A stretch of 64,000 nt of DNA from Octopus sinensis (GCF_006345805.1 NC_042997.1:109554001-109618000); one strand, 5' to 3'. Shown: positions 39,855 through 53,494, counted from the stretch's first letter. Translations and numbers: made by a program. Notes: generated by a model from the sequence alone, not told the origin.

Positions 39855-41069
39855 GTGCGTGAATCGCACATAATATAATCAAATGAATATTGTTGATGTT
39901 CGGCGAGAAATGCTTAGCAACGTTTCTGCAAGACGTATCTAATCGATGGTTCTTCAGTTAGCGTTTTCTTTAAAATGGTTATTCCTTGTCGCCAAAGGAC
40001 CTGCAAATGCCTAATGTTTTTTATTATGTGTTTACGACTTCCTTGCATATTTCTGTCTCTCTCTTTCTCTGTTTATCTCTCTCTCTTTCGTTCTTTCTTT
40101 CTCTCTCTCTCTTTGTCTTTGTTTCTGTCTTACACGCACACACACACATAATTCCCTCACATTATTACTTTGCTAATTATCACTTCCAGTTCAATAACAG
40201 GTCGATGACATTTACAGAGAGGAAGACAACTAGAGCCACCTTACATATTCCGCCATCATTAATTCACCGCATTAGTTATTTTGAGTCACGAAAAAATTAC
40301 TTCCTTGTAAAGAAATGAATCAGACCTGAATGAGTTAATTTATTATAAACTAAAATAGACAGCAATTCCCATTAGAAACTAAAATTAACAATTCACAACA
40401 GAAACTGAAACACTTTCAGAATTGACTCGGAGAAAGATAGAGAATGTCTTCTTACGCTTACTTGGAACTAAATTCCATTATTCAGTACGGTTTCTCTTCC
40501 ATTCTTTTAAATGCTTACAAACATTTTTCTAGATTACATATCTATCACTGACATGAAGCACAAAGATCGAAGTTCTGTACTAGTATTGCGGTAAAAGCAA
40601 TCGACTTAATGTCCACACAGGCAATCATTAGGCTGACCACTTCTTTGCACCCTGATGCCATTTTTCTTTTACTTTCGTAGAAAAAAGGAAGGAAAGGGAG
40701 GCGGGCTTGTTTGTAGTTTGAAGAGAAAACGTTAAACGTGCCTGGAAAAAGCAAAAAAAAAACATGGTCTTTCCTCTGAACAAAAAGATATGAAGAACTA
40801 TGAACGAAGGCGAATAAGTACCGGCGGTGGGAAAAAGAAGAGAGAACTAACAGTCGATCGTTCTAGAACTCCCAGAATATAAACGTAAACACCTGAAAAT
40901 ACTTTCCCTCTATTCATTACTAAATGTCTTTCTCTCTTCGTTATTAAAAGAAGCTAAAAAAGATCGATCGTATTTCAGTCTAATTGTCATTGTGAATGAC
41001 TGAGGCTTTCCTTTCTCTGTCTCTGTTGCTTCACTCCTTTTCTCAACGGTTAAGAGAGTGAAGATGCGT

Positions 41070-41380
41070 CAATCAGTAGTTAGGGGTATTTGGCCCACGA
41101 TCGTAAAGTCATGAGTACAATTCCCTGCAGTGCACTGTGTTCTTGAGCAAGGTACTCTACTTCACCTTGCTGCAGTCCCCTCAGCTGGCAAAATTGAGTT
41201 GTAGCTTTTATTCAAAGGGGCCAACCTTGTCACATTCTGTGTGAGGTTGAATCTCCCAGAGAACTACATTATGGTGTGCTTGTCTATTGAGTACTCAGCC
41301 ACTTGCGCGTTAATTTTACGAGCAGACTGTTCCTTTGATCAGATAAACAGGAACCTCGTCGTCGTAACCGGTAGAGTACC
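41070..41380 (+). mobile_element. tRNA-derived SINE family C, diverged; a further fragment lies at 41695-41850
   Basis: GTGTTCTTGAGCAAGG..CAGCTGGCAAAA.TGAGTTGTA..GAGTACTCAGCCACTTGC.CGTTAATTT.ACGAGCAG, shared with 56370-56669 and 14900-14950. Confidence 0.75.
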
Positions 41381-42101
41381 ATTTTTTAAAAAGAGTGAAA
41401 GAAAAGGAAATGTCCCACATCGTAAGGCAAAAATGTCATGTGTTTAGTATAAGCAGAGAAAGCTAAGACGAAATAATTGCTATTCCGTTGTGTATTCGCC
41501 CTCGACTCACGCTCAGTTTGTTAACAACAGCATGTTCATTGGAGTTTATCTGGGGTCTTGTACCCCAAATCTGTGAGCCCCACAAATGCCGCTGTTAGGA
41601 CTAGATGAGCATCTATAGTGACCCTAACGACTAGAAAGATTTTCCTGCCCCTATATAGGATCTTTCTCGTTTTCTTCCAACCACTTGAAGGTTTATCTTG
41701 CTCCAGTCCATTCAGCTGGCCAAAATGAGTTGTAGCTGTAATTCAAAGGGACCATCCTTGTCATATTCTGTATAAGGCTGAATTTCCTTGAGAACTATGT
41801 TAATGGTATGCATAACTGGAGAGTACTCAGCTACTTGCCAGTTAATTTTATCTTCGTGTGGTAATGAAAAGTGAAAGTGACATCCAATATTTGCTTTGAT
41901 TTAACAGTGTGTCTGTGTATCTATGTATCAACTTTCTTTCGATCTATGTATCTACTGTCTCTCTCATTTTCTCTGTGTGCCTTCTCTCTCCCGCTTGTAA
42001 TTTAACAATGTGTGGACGTATCTATGTATCAACATTTCTTACGATGTGATAAACATTTAAAAATCACAAAACGAACGCAGTCACCACTCACTGTCTCTAT
42101 T

Positions 42102-42132
<31 letters not shown>

Positions 42133-42229
42133 CATTCTCTTTTTCTCTCTCACTTCCTCTCTGTCCTACTTTCTCCCGCTTTGCCAATCATTTCTTCTTT
42201 TGAGATAAGTGTGACACACACCACAGGTA

Positions 42230-42740
42230 CGGACATACAAAAACAACAAGTTGAGCAATTATTCTGCTCAATACCACAGATTTGCTTGTCAGTTGTTTGA
42301 CCTTAACCAGTTGACCATGTCCCTTTGTGGCTGACGATATGTGCATCTCTGATCACGAGCAGAAGTAGTGGGGGAGCATCATAGGCATGTGGTGAGAGGG
42401 ATTATTTGGGGTTTGGATAATTCACCTCTGGAAACATGGGTGCTTCGTTCAACATCCTTAATAAACCCTTATTCAGGGACCTTTTGAGCGGGATGGGTTA
42501 CTCGATCTGAAGAAAATTCTAACTGGGCCCCATCTGCAAGGTCATGCGCTGTTTATCTTGATATGAGATCAACATGTCACGCACATATGGTTGTGATGCA
42601 TGTGCCTAGTGTACCCATATCAGACGGGTAGTCATGATGGTTATACTGGGCTTCGTATATTTTACCCCGGTGTCACTTTGATGGCATGCACTGCTCTCTC
42701 ACTCAATAACAATAACAATAATAATAATAATAATAATAAT
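42230..42740 (+). mobile_element. Retroposon 3' region ending in an (AAT)n tail
   Basis: Balanced-GC block ending ..GCTCTCTCACTC followed by (AAT/AAC)n. Family not identified from the sequence. Confidence 0.5.
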
Positions 42741-42888
42741 TTATTTCTTTACTACCCACAAAGGGACTAAACATAGAGGAGAAAAACAAGGACAGGCAAA
42801 GGGATTAAATCGATTACATCGACCCAGAGCGTAACTGATACTTAATTTATCGACCCCGAAAGGATAAAAGGCAAAGTCAACCTCGGCG

Positions 42889-42932
<44 letters not shown>

Positions 42933-43105
42933 GCTTCAAATTTTCCACAAGGTCAGCATTTTGGGAGAGGGGATGAGTCGATTACATCAACCCCAGTGTT
43001 CAACTGGTACTTATTTTATCGACCCCGAAAGGATGAAAAGCATCGGTGGAATTTTAATTCAGAACGTAAGGACAGACGAAATACTACTAAGCATTTCGCC
43101 CGGTG
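42741..43105 (-). mobile_element. Two SINE family B copies separated by (AAT)n
   Basis: TTTATCGACCCCGAAAGGAT(A/G)AAAG motif near 42850 and 43020. Confidence 0.8.
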
Positions 43106-43879
43106 TACCATGGTGTACTCAACTGGTTAAGGTGCCCGGTGTACCATGCGTCAGATGTCGAAGTGATCGCAGGGCAACGTGAGATGGAGTGTTCTGCACA
43201 AGAACATAAAGCACCACGCGGTCTAGAGATTGAAACCACGACCTCGCAGTCGCGAGTGCAACATCCTGTTTTCGTGCGAAGTTATATGTTTATGGTCGTT
43301 ATGTGTCCAGGCTTGTGCGTACGTGTACATAAATACATATGTACTGCAAGAGTCGGAAAGAAAGATTTCGTGTGCGGCGGCGTGAGATAAGATATTTTTA
43401 TTCAAATGTCACAGGAAAACAAAAACAAAAAAAAGCAAAACAAAAAAAAAAAAAAACTAGGAATGGTCATTCTTTGAATTCTTGAAAACGGGGAAAGTTG
43501 ATGAATTGGTGTCTATGTAGTTCTTTCAACATTTTCGCAAATGTATGTCTATATGCGGAAGTAGCTGTCGACAGAAACAGCTTTTGCATACACACTCCTA
43601 CACATTTACATACACACACACATACACATACATAAACACACACATACACGCACACACGTGTGCGAGCACGTAGAAGCTTCCAAGAGAATATATAAACGAA
43701 TTAACGTGTGCATGTGTGTGTGGGGGGGTGCATCATATGATGTTTGACGAATGTATACATACATAACTAGGCAATTCATTGTCATTAAATATATATGTAT
43801 ATTTATACATTAACATATGCAAATATCAACGTCATGCACACAAACACACACACACACACACAATATATATATGTATATG

Positions 43880-44183
43880 TAATGGCCTAGTGGTTGGGGC
43901 AGCGGACTCGCGGTCGTAGGATCGCGGTTTCGATTCCCAGACCGGGCGTTGTGAGTGTTTATAGAACGAAAACACCTAAAGCTCCACGAGGCTCCGGCAG
44001 GGAGTGGTGGCGATCCTTGCTGTACTCTTTCGCCACAACTTTCTCTCACTCTTTCTTCTGTTGGCCTGCTCGCTTAGCCAGCGGGGTGGCGTCATTTGAA
44101 GGCTAAAAAACAATGCGAAGCGCATTGTGACCAGCGATGTGTAACAACATCTGATGGCCTGGTCGGTCACGGTGATCACGGTG

Positions 44184-44185
<2 letters not shown>
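43880..44185 (+). mobile_element. tRNA-derived SINE family D, full length
   Basis: A box TGGCCTAGTGG, B box GGTTTCGATTCC, unique body, short tandem tail CACGGTGAT x2. Confidence 0.75.
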
Positions 44186-44231
<46 letters not shown>

Positions 44232-44302
44232 GCACACACACATATATATGTGCGTGCACCTGCGTGTGTGCCACTGTGTGCGCGTGTGTGTGATATATAT
44301 AT

Positions 44303-44461
44303 CAGGAGTGACTGCGTGGTAAGAAGCCCTAGCTTCTCAACAACATTGGTCCGGGCTCAGTCCCAATGCGTGGCACCTTCGACAAGTGTCTTCTTCTATA
44401 GCCTCGGACCGACCAAAGCCTTGTAAGTGGATTTGGTAGACGGAAACTGAAAGAAGCCCGT

Positions 44462-44516
<55 letters not shown>

Positions 44517-44620
44517 TGGTGTGTGTGTGGTGTGTGTGTGTATGCATGCATTTGGTATTTGTGTCTGTGTTTGGCACCCCCTCTCCATCGCTTGACAATC
44601 GTGTTCGTGTTTATGTTTTG
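44303..44620 (+). mobile_element. SINE family A, 3'-truncated
   Basis: Head, GGCACCTTCGACAAGTGTCTTC and internal microsatellite are present. Confidence 0.8.
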
Positions 44621-44746
44621 TCCCGCGGAGTGTTCAACAAGCATCCACCTCATCAAGCAAGCCTGGTGAGGTTGCCAGTTTAGTCGCCGACAACCCGTAA
44701 ATATTGCGTGTTTTCTCCGTGTTGTATATTTCATGTCTGCTGAACG

Positions 44747-44941
44747 TGTGTAAAATGTGGAAGGGTGTGTCTCTCAGTTGGAGGTCTAAAAAGACATGTT
44801 AAGAGAGTGCATATGGTGACACCTGTTTCTCCTGCCAGCCAGCACAGTTGTCTAGTATGTAATAAAATGTGTAAAAGCTTGGCCGGGCTTAAAAGTCATA
44901 TAAGGACATCACATGGCAACAATCATGAATCATTTCAGTAA
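44747..44941 (+). pseudogene. Two C2H2-like fingers, probably an RTE ORF2 3' end
   Basis: CVKCGRVCLSVGGLK/RHVKRVH (one frameshift), then CLVCNKMCKSLAGLKSHIRTSH and a stop. No TGEKP linker. The following 3' UTR resembles 17865-17910. Confidence 0.6.
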
Positions 44942-46515
44942 ACCTTCTTGGCAATGGCTTTTCTCGTGTAACGAGGATGCAGCTGTCATGCGCATTCATA
45001 AATACATTGTAGAAAACACGCATGAGATATTTCCCTCTTTTACCTTGTTGATACACATAATCACTATTTCCCCTCTATTTCTATACAGACTGGTCACTAT
45101 TAGTGTTAACAGCCGACTTAATATCTGACACTGAGGAGTACTAACATCATCGAAACATATCCAGTACTTTCATCACTTTACTATAAAAACGAGATCTGAG
45201 TAAGTTTCGTTTACATTAGCTGCTAGCATTGGAGTCATCTACCTTGAAGGCTATTTTTATATTTGAACACACCTTGTAGACTAATTACGAGGTTTTTATT
45301 TGATAACCCAGTGTAGTTATATATATCTGAGACATTCTCTTGCAGTGTTTATCGCCTGACGATCGTTCACCATAAACTAACAACGAAACATTAGCTTATG
45401 ACGTTTTATCACGAACACACTATATCATTTTTATAAATACAACATTCTATGTACGAGTGTTTGTGTATGCGTTTGTGTGTGTGTTTGTGATTGGCGATGC
45501 AAACAGGAAATATAAAACTCAAAATATGAGTAAATGTTTTTTTTTCATATATATAAATATTTAGCAGATAAGTGCTGTCGCATGAAACACTCGCCCCTTT
45601 CATGTTTTTCATTCACGGCCAAGCGGCGTGTTATGTTCTTGAGCAAGACACTTCATTTCCTGTTGTTCAGTCTATTCAACAAAAAAAGAAACCGAGTGCT
45701 AGTGGAGCCATGTAGCCCTTCGGCAAACGAAACTTCGATGTTATTCTGGAATAATGGTCCGAGGGAGGAGGAGGTGTTTGAGTTTGCGGCCGGGACTTCA
45801 TAGCTAACGAGAACAATTAGGGAATTCAGGGAACCTACTACCAGCTCCTCCTCGATTCCGAGTGACGGCCGCAAAACATATACATACATACATACATACA
45901 TACATAACAACATACATACATACATACATACATACATGCATACATACATATTTACATACATACATGCATACATGTGTGTGTGTATTTATATATATAAAAT
46001 ACATACGTGTATATACTTATATACATACGTATACATACATTTACACACACGCACGCACACACACATATATATATGCATGTATGTATGTATATTTAGGGCA
46101 ATGAATATTTTATCATCTTTTGATAATGACATTTTTGTAGCGTATATACAATATAAAATAAACAAAACATTATATACATCAAAAGATATTCGCAACAAAA
46201 TAGTAAAGATGCTATCAATGCAAAAAGCAAAATTATAGCAAAATATAAACAAAAGCTGTTATATATCATTTAGAATTGATATATTAAGTATATCTCTACA
46301 TACATACCTACATAAATACATACACACGTATAGACATACATATATACACGCAAACATACATAAATATTACATATATGCAGCGTGTACACACATCTGTATA
46401 CGTAAGTATATACATAAATATTGTGTGCGTGTGTATGCATACACATGCATACATACATACATACATACATACAAATATGCATATATATATATACATACAT
46501 ACATACATATATATA

Positions 46516-46554
<39 letters not shown>

Positions 46555-46755
46555 GTGTGTATGTATGTATGTATGTATGTATGTATGTATGTATGTATGT
46601 ATGTATGTATGTATGTATGTATGTATGTATGTATGTGTGTGTGTATGTACACCACGCATTTTCTGAACAAAGAACGCTTCTATTAAAAAAACAAACATGA
46701 TTTGTTTATATCGCGATTAGCTTCTCAAAGCTTTCTATGAAAATCACAATGACAT

Positions 46756-46786
<31 letters not shown>

Positions 46787-47204
46787 CTATTTAATCCAGT
46801 TCGTGTACTTCCATAAATCTTCCGCAAATACACCATTTTTCAATCTCCAAACTATGAACACTTCGTTTTCCTTGCGTATTTACAAAGTTTATCGTCGTTT
46901 CCTCGTCTATCCCATAATTCTTATCGCGTGCACAGGATCCAGTGTGCTGTTTAACTTTGATCACTCGATACATGCACACACACACACACACATACGTGCA
47001 CAGCAAAATACATACACCTATACATATATATGTGTGTATGCATGTATGTATGTATGTATGTATGTATGTATGTATGTATGTATGTATGTATGTATGTATG
47101 TATGTATGTATGCATATATATATAAATCAATAAACTCCATCCGGATTTTTCAATATTTCTCTTACCTATAATTCCAATGAAGTGAATATAAATATATATA
47201 TATA

Positions 47205-47420
47205 TATAACGGGAAGCTTTATGAAAATAAACAAAAGACGAAGGTAGGTGGAAAACAAACAAACAATTGTATTAGTATGGCGCTCAGGAAATATAAATAA
47301 AACAAGTCTTTAACGTTTCGAGCCTACGCTCTTCAACAGAAAGATACACAGAGAGAAAAAAAACACAGAAAGAAGGAGAGAAAAAAAATGCGTGCAGTAA
47401 CTAACGAATCAACATGGAAT
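47205..47420 (-). mobile_element. Short non-autonomous Penelope-type element carrying a minimal hammerhead
   Basis: Non-coding block between microsatellites containing the motif at 47307-47344. Confidence 0.55.
47307..47344 (-). ncRNA. Minimal type I hammerhead variant (A6U)
   Basis: UCUUU-CUGUUGA-A-GAGC(GUAG)GCUC-GAA-ACGU-U-AAAGA: perfect 5-bp stem I, 4-bp stem II and palindromic stem III. Confidence 0.65.
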
Positions 47421-47483
47421 ACATACATACATATATATATACATATATGTATGAGTATGCATGTATATGTATATATTCATTTG

Positions 47484-47810
47484 CATGGCTCAGTGGTTAG
47501 AGCGTCAGTCCCACGATCATGAGGTACTGAGTTCGATTCCCGGACCGGACGTGTTCTTGAACGAGACACTTTATTTCACGTTAATCCAGTTAACTCAGCT
47601 ATAGAAATGAGTTGCTTCGTCGCTGGTGCCAAGCTGTATCGGCCCCTTTGCTTTTCCCTTGGATATCATCAGTGGCGTGAAAAATAGAGGCTGGAATGCA
47701 TGAGCGACTGCTTGTCTTCCATAAACAAACTTTCCCGAGCTTGTACCTCGGAAGGGAGATTTCTAAGTGCAATCCCATGGTCATTCATGACCGATGAGGG
47801 TCTTTACCCT
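47484..47810 (+). mobile_element. tRNA-derived SINE (family C-like head, different tail)
   Basis: TGGCTCAGTGGTTAGAGCG A box, GAGTTCGATTCC B box, and GTGTTCTTGAACGAGACAC body. Confidence 0.75.
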
Positions 47811-48840
47811 GTACATACACACATACACACATACATACATACATACATACATACATACATACATACATACATACATACATACGTGAGGATGCATACATTG
47901 GTGTATATGTGCACCTGCTTTGTGTATTTTGTATATATCTACAAACAGTTTTTCTCCTTTTCTCTATATATTTTAGTCAAAATCCTTAAAACTTCATTAC
48001 TTTCTACATGGCGATACCTTAAGAAGAAATCGCAGTCTCCGAGAGATCTTTGTTTCGACACGCGTTCTCTGCACCAGTCAATGAGGCCATACCAAGAGTT
48101 GTGCGTTAAGATTCCCTCTATCTTAAGATATTATAAGAGATACTTTCTCAGTTTTACGAAAGCATAACTTACACTCTGCTGTATGCTTTATGGCGTCTGA
48201 AGGACGACAGAGTGGAACTGGCTTGACACAATCCATGCCTGCTATTGTAATAATAATAAATTATAATGATACAATAATCAACCATTGCTTCTTGGTGAGT
48301 AATTTATTGAGTGTTTCAAAATGGACAAGAACAAAAACCACTTCAGAAAATCCGGATAGAGGCAGATATGTAGGGGTCATATTAAATGAATATCTGGTAA
48401 TCCCTGCGATTCCATGAACGCAATGAATGCGTTGACGTGATTTCCATCCTTACGTATTCATGATCGGAAAGGTGCTAAATTACTTGGAGGCCAAGTATTC
48501 GTTTATGTAAACGGCCCAAACAGAGCAGAAGTGGTTCAGTCACAGTTTCTGCAATATTGTCGACAGGAATCTATCTTTATTATGAACATATTAGCAAACA
48601 GAATTCTTCATTGATTCTTTCATTCATGAAATTAACATACTTGTGATCTTTTAAATGTTCTGTATAAGTTTGTTCCATCTTAGACAAATATATTAGTCTG
48701 AAGCGAAGAAGTATTAATATTATACGTAAATTTTCTAAAATGACCCTCCCAAAACTCCAAATACACACACACACTCACACACATATGTGTGTGTGTGTAT
48801 GTATGCATGTATACATATATATATATATACATATATATAT

Positions 48841-48882
<42 letters not shown>

Positions 48883-48927
48883 TATATATCTAAATATATA
48901 TATATAATATATATATATGTATATATA

Positions 48928-49091
48928 TTACTAAGCAATAAGGGTTAGCAACGAGTGCCTTACAATACCGAATTTAGAAATAGCGTCAAAGGGTTATAGC
49001 TATTTCTTAAGAAATAGCATAACCTTGACTGCTATTTCAAATTCGGTATGTGGTAAGGCCAACTCGTTGCTAAACCCTTATTGCTTAGTAA
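48928..49091. repeat. 164-bp near-perfect palindrome centred on TTAA
   Basis: TTACTAAGCAATAAGGGTTAGCAACGAG..GCTATTTCTT|AAGAAATAGC..CTCGTTGCTAAACCCTTATTGCTTAGTAA. The arms differ mainly by single-base indels. Confidence 0.9.
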
Positions 49092-49256
49092 TTAAATTTT
49101 CCTCGAATGAGGCTTTTAATGCCGAAGACTACTTGGTGTAATTGATAATTTTCCAAATAATTAATTTCACCCTTCATTATTATGTATATATATATATAAT
49201 TATATACATATATATATATAGATATATTATATTATATATATATATATATATAATAT

Positions 49257-49306
<50 letters not shown>

Positions 49307-49561
49307 AAATGTATGTTATATTAGTAAAAAGTAAGGATTACCCCAGAACGACTACCATTTTGCTCTCAATTTGGTATTCAAAATATGTTAATCAACAGCT
49401 TGCATATGAATCCAGTAAAGTTCTTATAAGAAATTAGAGGAATATTCCGTTGGATAATTCTCAATATATTTCCTTAACCATATAGGTTTCTTGGTAATAT
49501 TAAAAATACTGATCACTCCGAAGTAGCGATAGCTTTACCTTCAATTCTATAATTATATACT

Positions 49562-49644
49562 GCCCAACACGTGTTTCACTTGCACCGATTAGTAACCGTC
49601 GCAATTGCACCCCTACTATGAAACGGTGCAGTCTCTTCGGGGTC
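49562..49644 (-). ncRNA. Type I hammerhead relic (U4C)
   Basis: GACC-CCGAAGA-G, long stem II ACUGCACCG/CGGUGCAAGU, GAA, palindromic ACACGUGU, U17, GGGC. Stem I has one mismatch. Confidence 0.55.
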
Positions 49645-49886
49645 TTCAATTGATATCCGTCGGTCTGGCCGTTTAATGATTTTCTGTTATAAACTCTGCG
49701 TTGTATAATGCAGAGTTGCCCGATAAGACGCGAACACTCTCTATATACATATCCACCAATGCAGTGCTGAGCACTCATTTTCATCGTTCGATATTTACGC
49801 GCAATGTATTGTATATATGTATGTAATATATATATATATATATAGATATATATATATATGAATATATATATATATATATATCTATA

Positions 49887-49930
<44 letters not shown>

Positions 49931-50191
49931 TATATGTATAATATATATATATATATATATATTATATATGTATATATTATATATATATATGTATATATAT
50001 ATATGTAATATATATATATATATGTATTATATATATAAGATATATATATATTTATATATATATATATATATATATATTATGTATATATATAGATATATAT
50101 ATATATATATATAAATTAGAAAAAAAACACATTTTATCAATTCAATAATGAAAAATTAAATTATGCCGTTTAGAAAATTACAATATATATA

Positions 50192-50425
50192 CAAGTTGGC
50201 CCAAAAGTAGGTTTACGGTTATGACGTAGGCACTTTAAATTTCTTTTAAAACAATTTATTACATTTAAATTTCTATTTTGCAAACTGAAAAGGGAGCCTG
50301 ACAAAATTAACTAAATTAGCAGAGAATAATGGTTTGATATATTTTATAATTAAGATCTAAACTGTTAATATATGAATGCGAAAGAGATAGTTGAATAACT
50401 GTAAACCTACTTTTGGGCCACCCTG
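50192..50425. mobile_element. Tc1/mariner MITE
   Basis: 31-bp TIR CA(A/G)G(T/G)TGGCCCAAAAGTAGGTTTAC(G/A)GTTAT with TA on both sides. Confidence 0.85.
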
Positions 50426-50469
50426 TACGTATGTATGTATGTATGTATGTATGTATGTATGTATGTATG

Positions 50470-50500
<31 letters not shown>

Positions 50501-50501
50501 G

Positions 50502-50601
<100 letters not shown>

Positions 50602-52153
50602 AATACTTCATTTACGGGAAAGGTTTTTGCGTAGGCATATAAAATCTCCCATTTTATTACGTCGAATATAACCTAACGATATCCACAAGCAATAGCGGTT
50701 TTATGGGTTTGTACCGAGCTGTGCTGATAGAATGCAGCGTAAATATATCAAATGTGTGTGTGTGTGTGTGTGTATGTGTGTGTGTGTATATGTGTGTGTA
50801 TGTGTGTGTGTGTCGTACATATTCATGATGAATTCCTGAAAGGGACGAAAGTGCTAAATAAATCGCTTTTACCCAAATCCTATCTCCTTTTTCTTAATAT
50901 ATAAAATCTGTAAACCACTTCAAATAATCTACACACACACACACACACACAAACACACACAGATGTATATATAAAAATGCGGTATAAATAATGTAAGTAG
51001 GCATGTATGTATGTATGTATGTATGTATGTATGTATGTATGTATGTATGTATGTGTGTGTATGTATGTGTGTATGTATGTATGTATGTGTGTGTATGTAT
51101 GTATGTATGTATGTATGTATGTATGTATGTATGTGTGTGTGTGTATGTATGTATGTATGTATGTATGTATGTATGTATGCATGCATGTATGCATGTATGT
51201 GTGTGTGTATACAGATAATCTTGCATTTCTGATCTACAAGGTTTAGCAGCTAAAGTTGACATCAGACAATAACTAACGTTGTGTTTGGAATCGGTATTCC
51301 GAATTTGAAGCGAAGCAGCCTTCACCTTTAGAAAAGAAAGAAACCTTGTAGAACAGTATTGGCGTGTGACATTGAAATCAAGCATTTTAATGTCATCGTA
51401 TTTTGTCTTTCTTCAAAGTATGTAATAGAAAGCATCCCCGTTTGCGGAGATCCGCAACCATATCATGACGGTTTAAAACGCTGTATGGCATGAACAGAAG
51501 ACAAAAGGAGAGATTTATAGGAACATTCGACTAATATCTAAGATGGATGGAAATCTAAGATAATTGGACATTTATAGAGAATCATGACGTACATGAATCT
51601 TTTTGAAAATATTTCTCGTTTGGAACATGATGATTTTTCTAGAGGATACGCAATTCCACCTGGGTAGTCCTGGATGAGGAGTCTTTGGAATCATCCTCTC
51701 TAAAAGCTATAATACTTTATATACACTTATCTTCTTGCCCAGCTTCAGAGTTGTTATCGATTATTTTTCACCTTGTGTGAAGAAATATAAAGGAAATCGA
51801 AAATATAATCTATTTATTATATTATCCTGCTACGGTAGAACTGCGTTGGCGAAGGGTTAACATCTCATAATACACTGTAGCAAAGAAATGTTCATGTGGT
51901 TACACTTAAATCCAACTGAACGAAGGAGTTGAGCCACTGAGTAACATGTAAGGAATACAGGCATAGCTAAGACAATATTGATGTATAATAGACACAGAAT
52001 TATTGATCCAATATACAAGGCAGTATTAATACATATTGTGTAAGGCATTCCTGATCTATTAGAACATATGAAGCAGTTTTGATATATAATGTATAGGGCA
52101 GCGTTGATATTGAATGCGTTAAGCAATGTGGACGTATTATATATAACTTGTAA

Positions 52154-52552
52154 GGCGGCGAGCTGGCAGAAACGTTAGCACGCCGGGCGAAATGCGTAGC
52201 CGTATTTCGTTTGCCGTTACGTTCTGAGTTCAAATTCCGCCGAGGTCGACTTTGCCTTTCATCCTTTCGGGGTCGATTAAATAAGTACCAGTTACGCACT
52301 GGGGTCGATATAATCGACTTAATCCGTTTGTCTGTCCTTGTTTGTCCTCTCTGTGTTTAGCCCCTTGTGGGTAGTAAAGAAATAGGTATTTCCTCTGTCT
52401 TTACGTTCTGAGTTCAAATTCCACCGAGGTCGACTTTGCCTTTCATCCTTTCGGAGAACGATAAATTAAGTACCAGTTGCGTACTGGGGTCGATCTGATC
52501 GACTGCCCTCACCACCAAATTTCAGGGGCTTGTGCCTATAGTAAAAAGTATA
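52154..52552 (+). mobile_element. SINE family B dimer
   Basis: Head AAGGCGGCGAGCTGGCAGAAACG, B box GAGTTCAAATTC, core CCTTTCATCCTTTCGGGGTCGAT. The second unit starts after ..AAAGAAATA at 52385. Confidence 0.88.
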
Positions 52553-52659
52553 TAACATTGTATTGAGATGTTATGTATAAGGTAATATTGGATATGATAC
52601 GTAAGACAGTATGATACATAATACATGAGGCTATATTGATATGCAATTATAAAAAATAT

Positions 52660-53260
52660 TATTTTCTACTCTAGGCACAAGGCCCGAAATTTTTGGGGAG
52701 GGGGCCTGTCGATTGGATCGACCTCAGTATGCAACTGGTACTTAATTTATCGACCCCGAAAGGATGAAAGGCAAAGTCGACCTCGGCAAAATTTGAACCC
52801 AGAATGTAAAGACAGACGAAGTACCGCTAAGCATTTCATCCTACATGCTAACGTTTCTTATTTCTTTATTGCCCACAAGGGGCTAAACAAGGACAGACAA
52901 AGTGATTAAGTCGATTACATCGACCCCAGTGCGTAACTGGTACTTAATTTATCGACCCCGAAAGGATGAAAGGCAAAGTCGACCTCGGCGGAATTTGAAC
53001 TCAGAACGTAACGGCAGACAAAATACCTATTTCTTTACTACCCACAGGGGCTAAAAACAGCGTGGACAAACAAGGACAGACAAACGGATTAAGTCGATTA
53101 TATCGACCCCAGTGCGTAACTGGTTCTTATTTAATCGACCCCGAAAGGATGAAAGGCAAAGTCGACCTCGGCGGAATTTGAACTCAGAACGTAACGGCAG
53201 ACAAAATACCGCTAGGCATTTCGCCTGGCGTCCTAATGATTCTGCCAGCTCGCTGCCTTA
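52660..53260 (-). mobile_element. SINE family B trimer
   Basis: Three ATCGACCCCGAAAGGATGAAAGGCAAAGTCGACCTCGG cores, with junctions at about 52858 and 53027. Confidence 0.88.
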
Positions 53261-53494
53261 TTGATAATGACAATATTGATACATAATACACAAAGCAGTA
53301 TTAACAAAATATAAACGGCAGTATTGCTATATAATACATAATGCAGTTTTGATACAGTAAATAAGTCAGTATTCGTATAATATATACGATAACATCGATA
53401 TATTGTATAAAGCAGTATTAATGCCAAATATACAAAATGGGGGTAGATATATTACACCACACACACACACGTGTATGTATAAAATAGATAATGT

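Noticed and set aside
45356-45400. CUGACGA..GAAAC hammerhead-like string
   Set aside because: Stem II overlaps the GAAA and there is no U16.1/H17 or stem I.
48190-48300. ATG-initiated ORF ending at a GTGAGT donor as a first coding exon
   Set aside because: No recognisable protein and no supported downstream exon. It would need RNA-seq.
50825-50870. AUGAUGA-AUUCC-UGAAA-GGGAC-GAAA, close to a textbook hammerhead stem II
   Set aside because: C3 is missing, the first stem II pair is mismatched, and stem I does not form in type I or type III topology.
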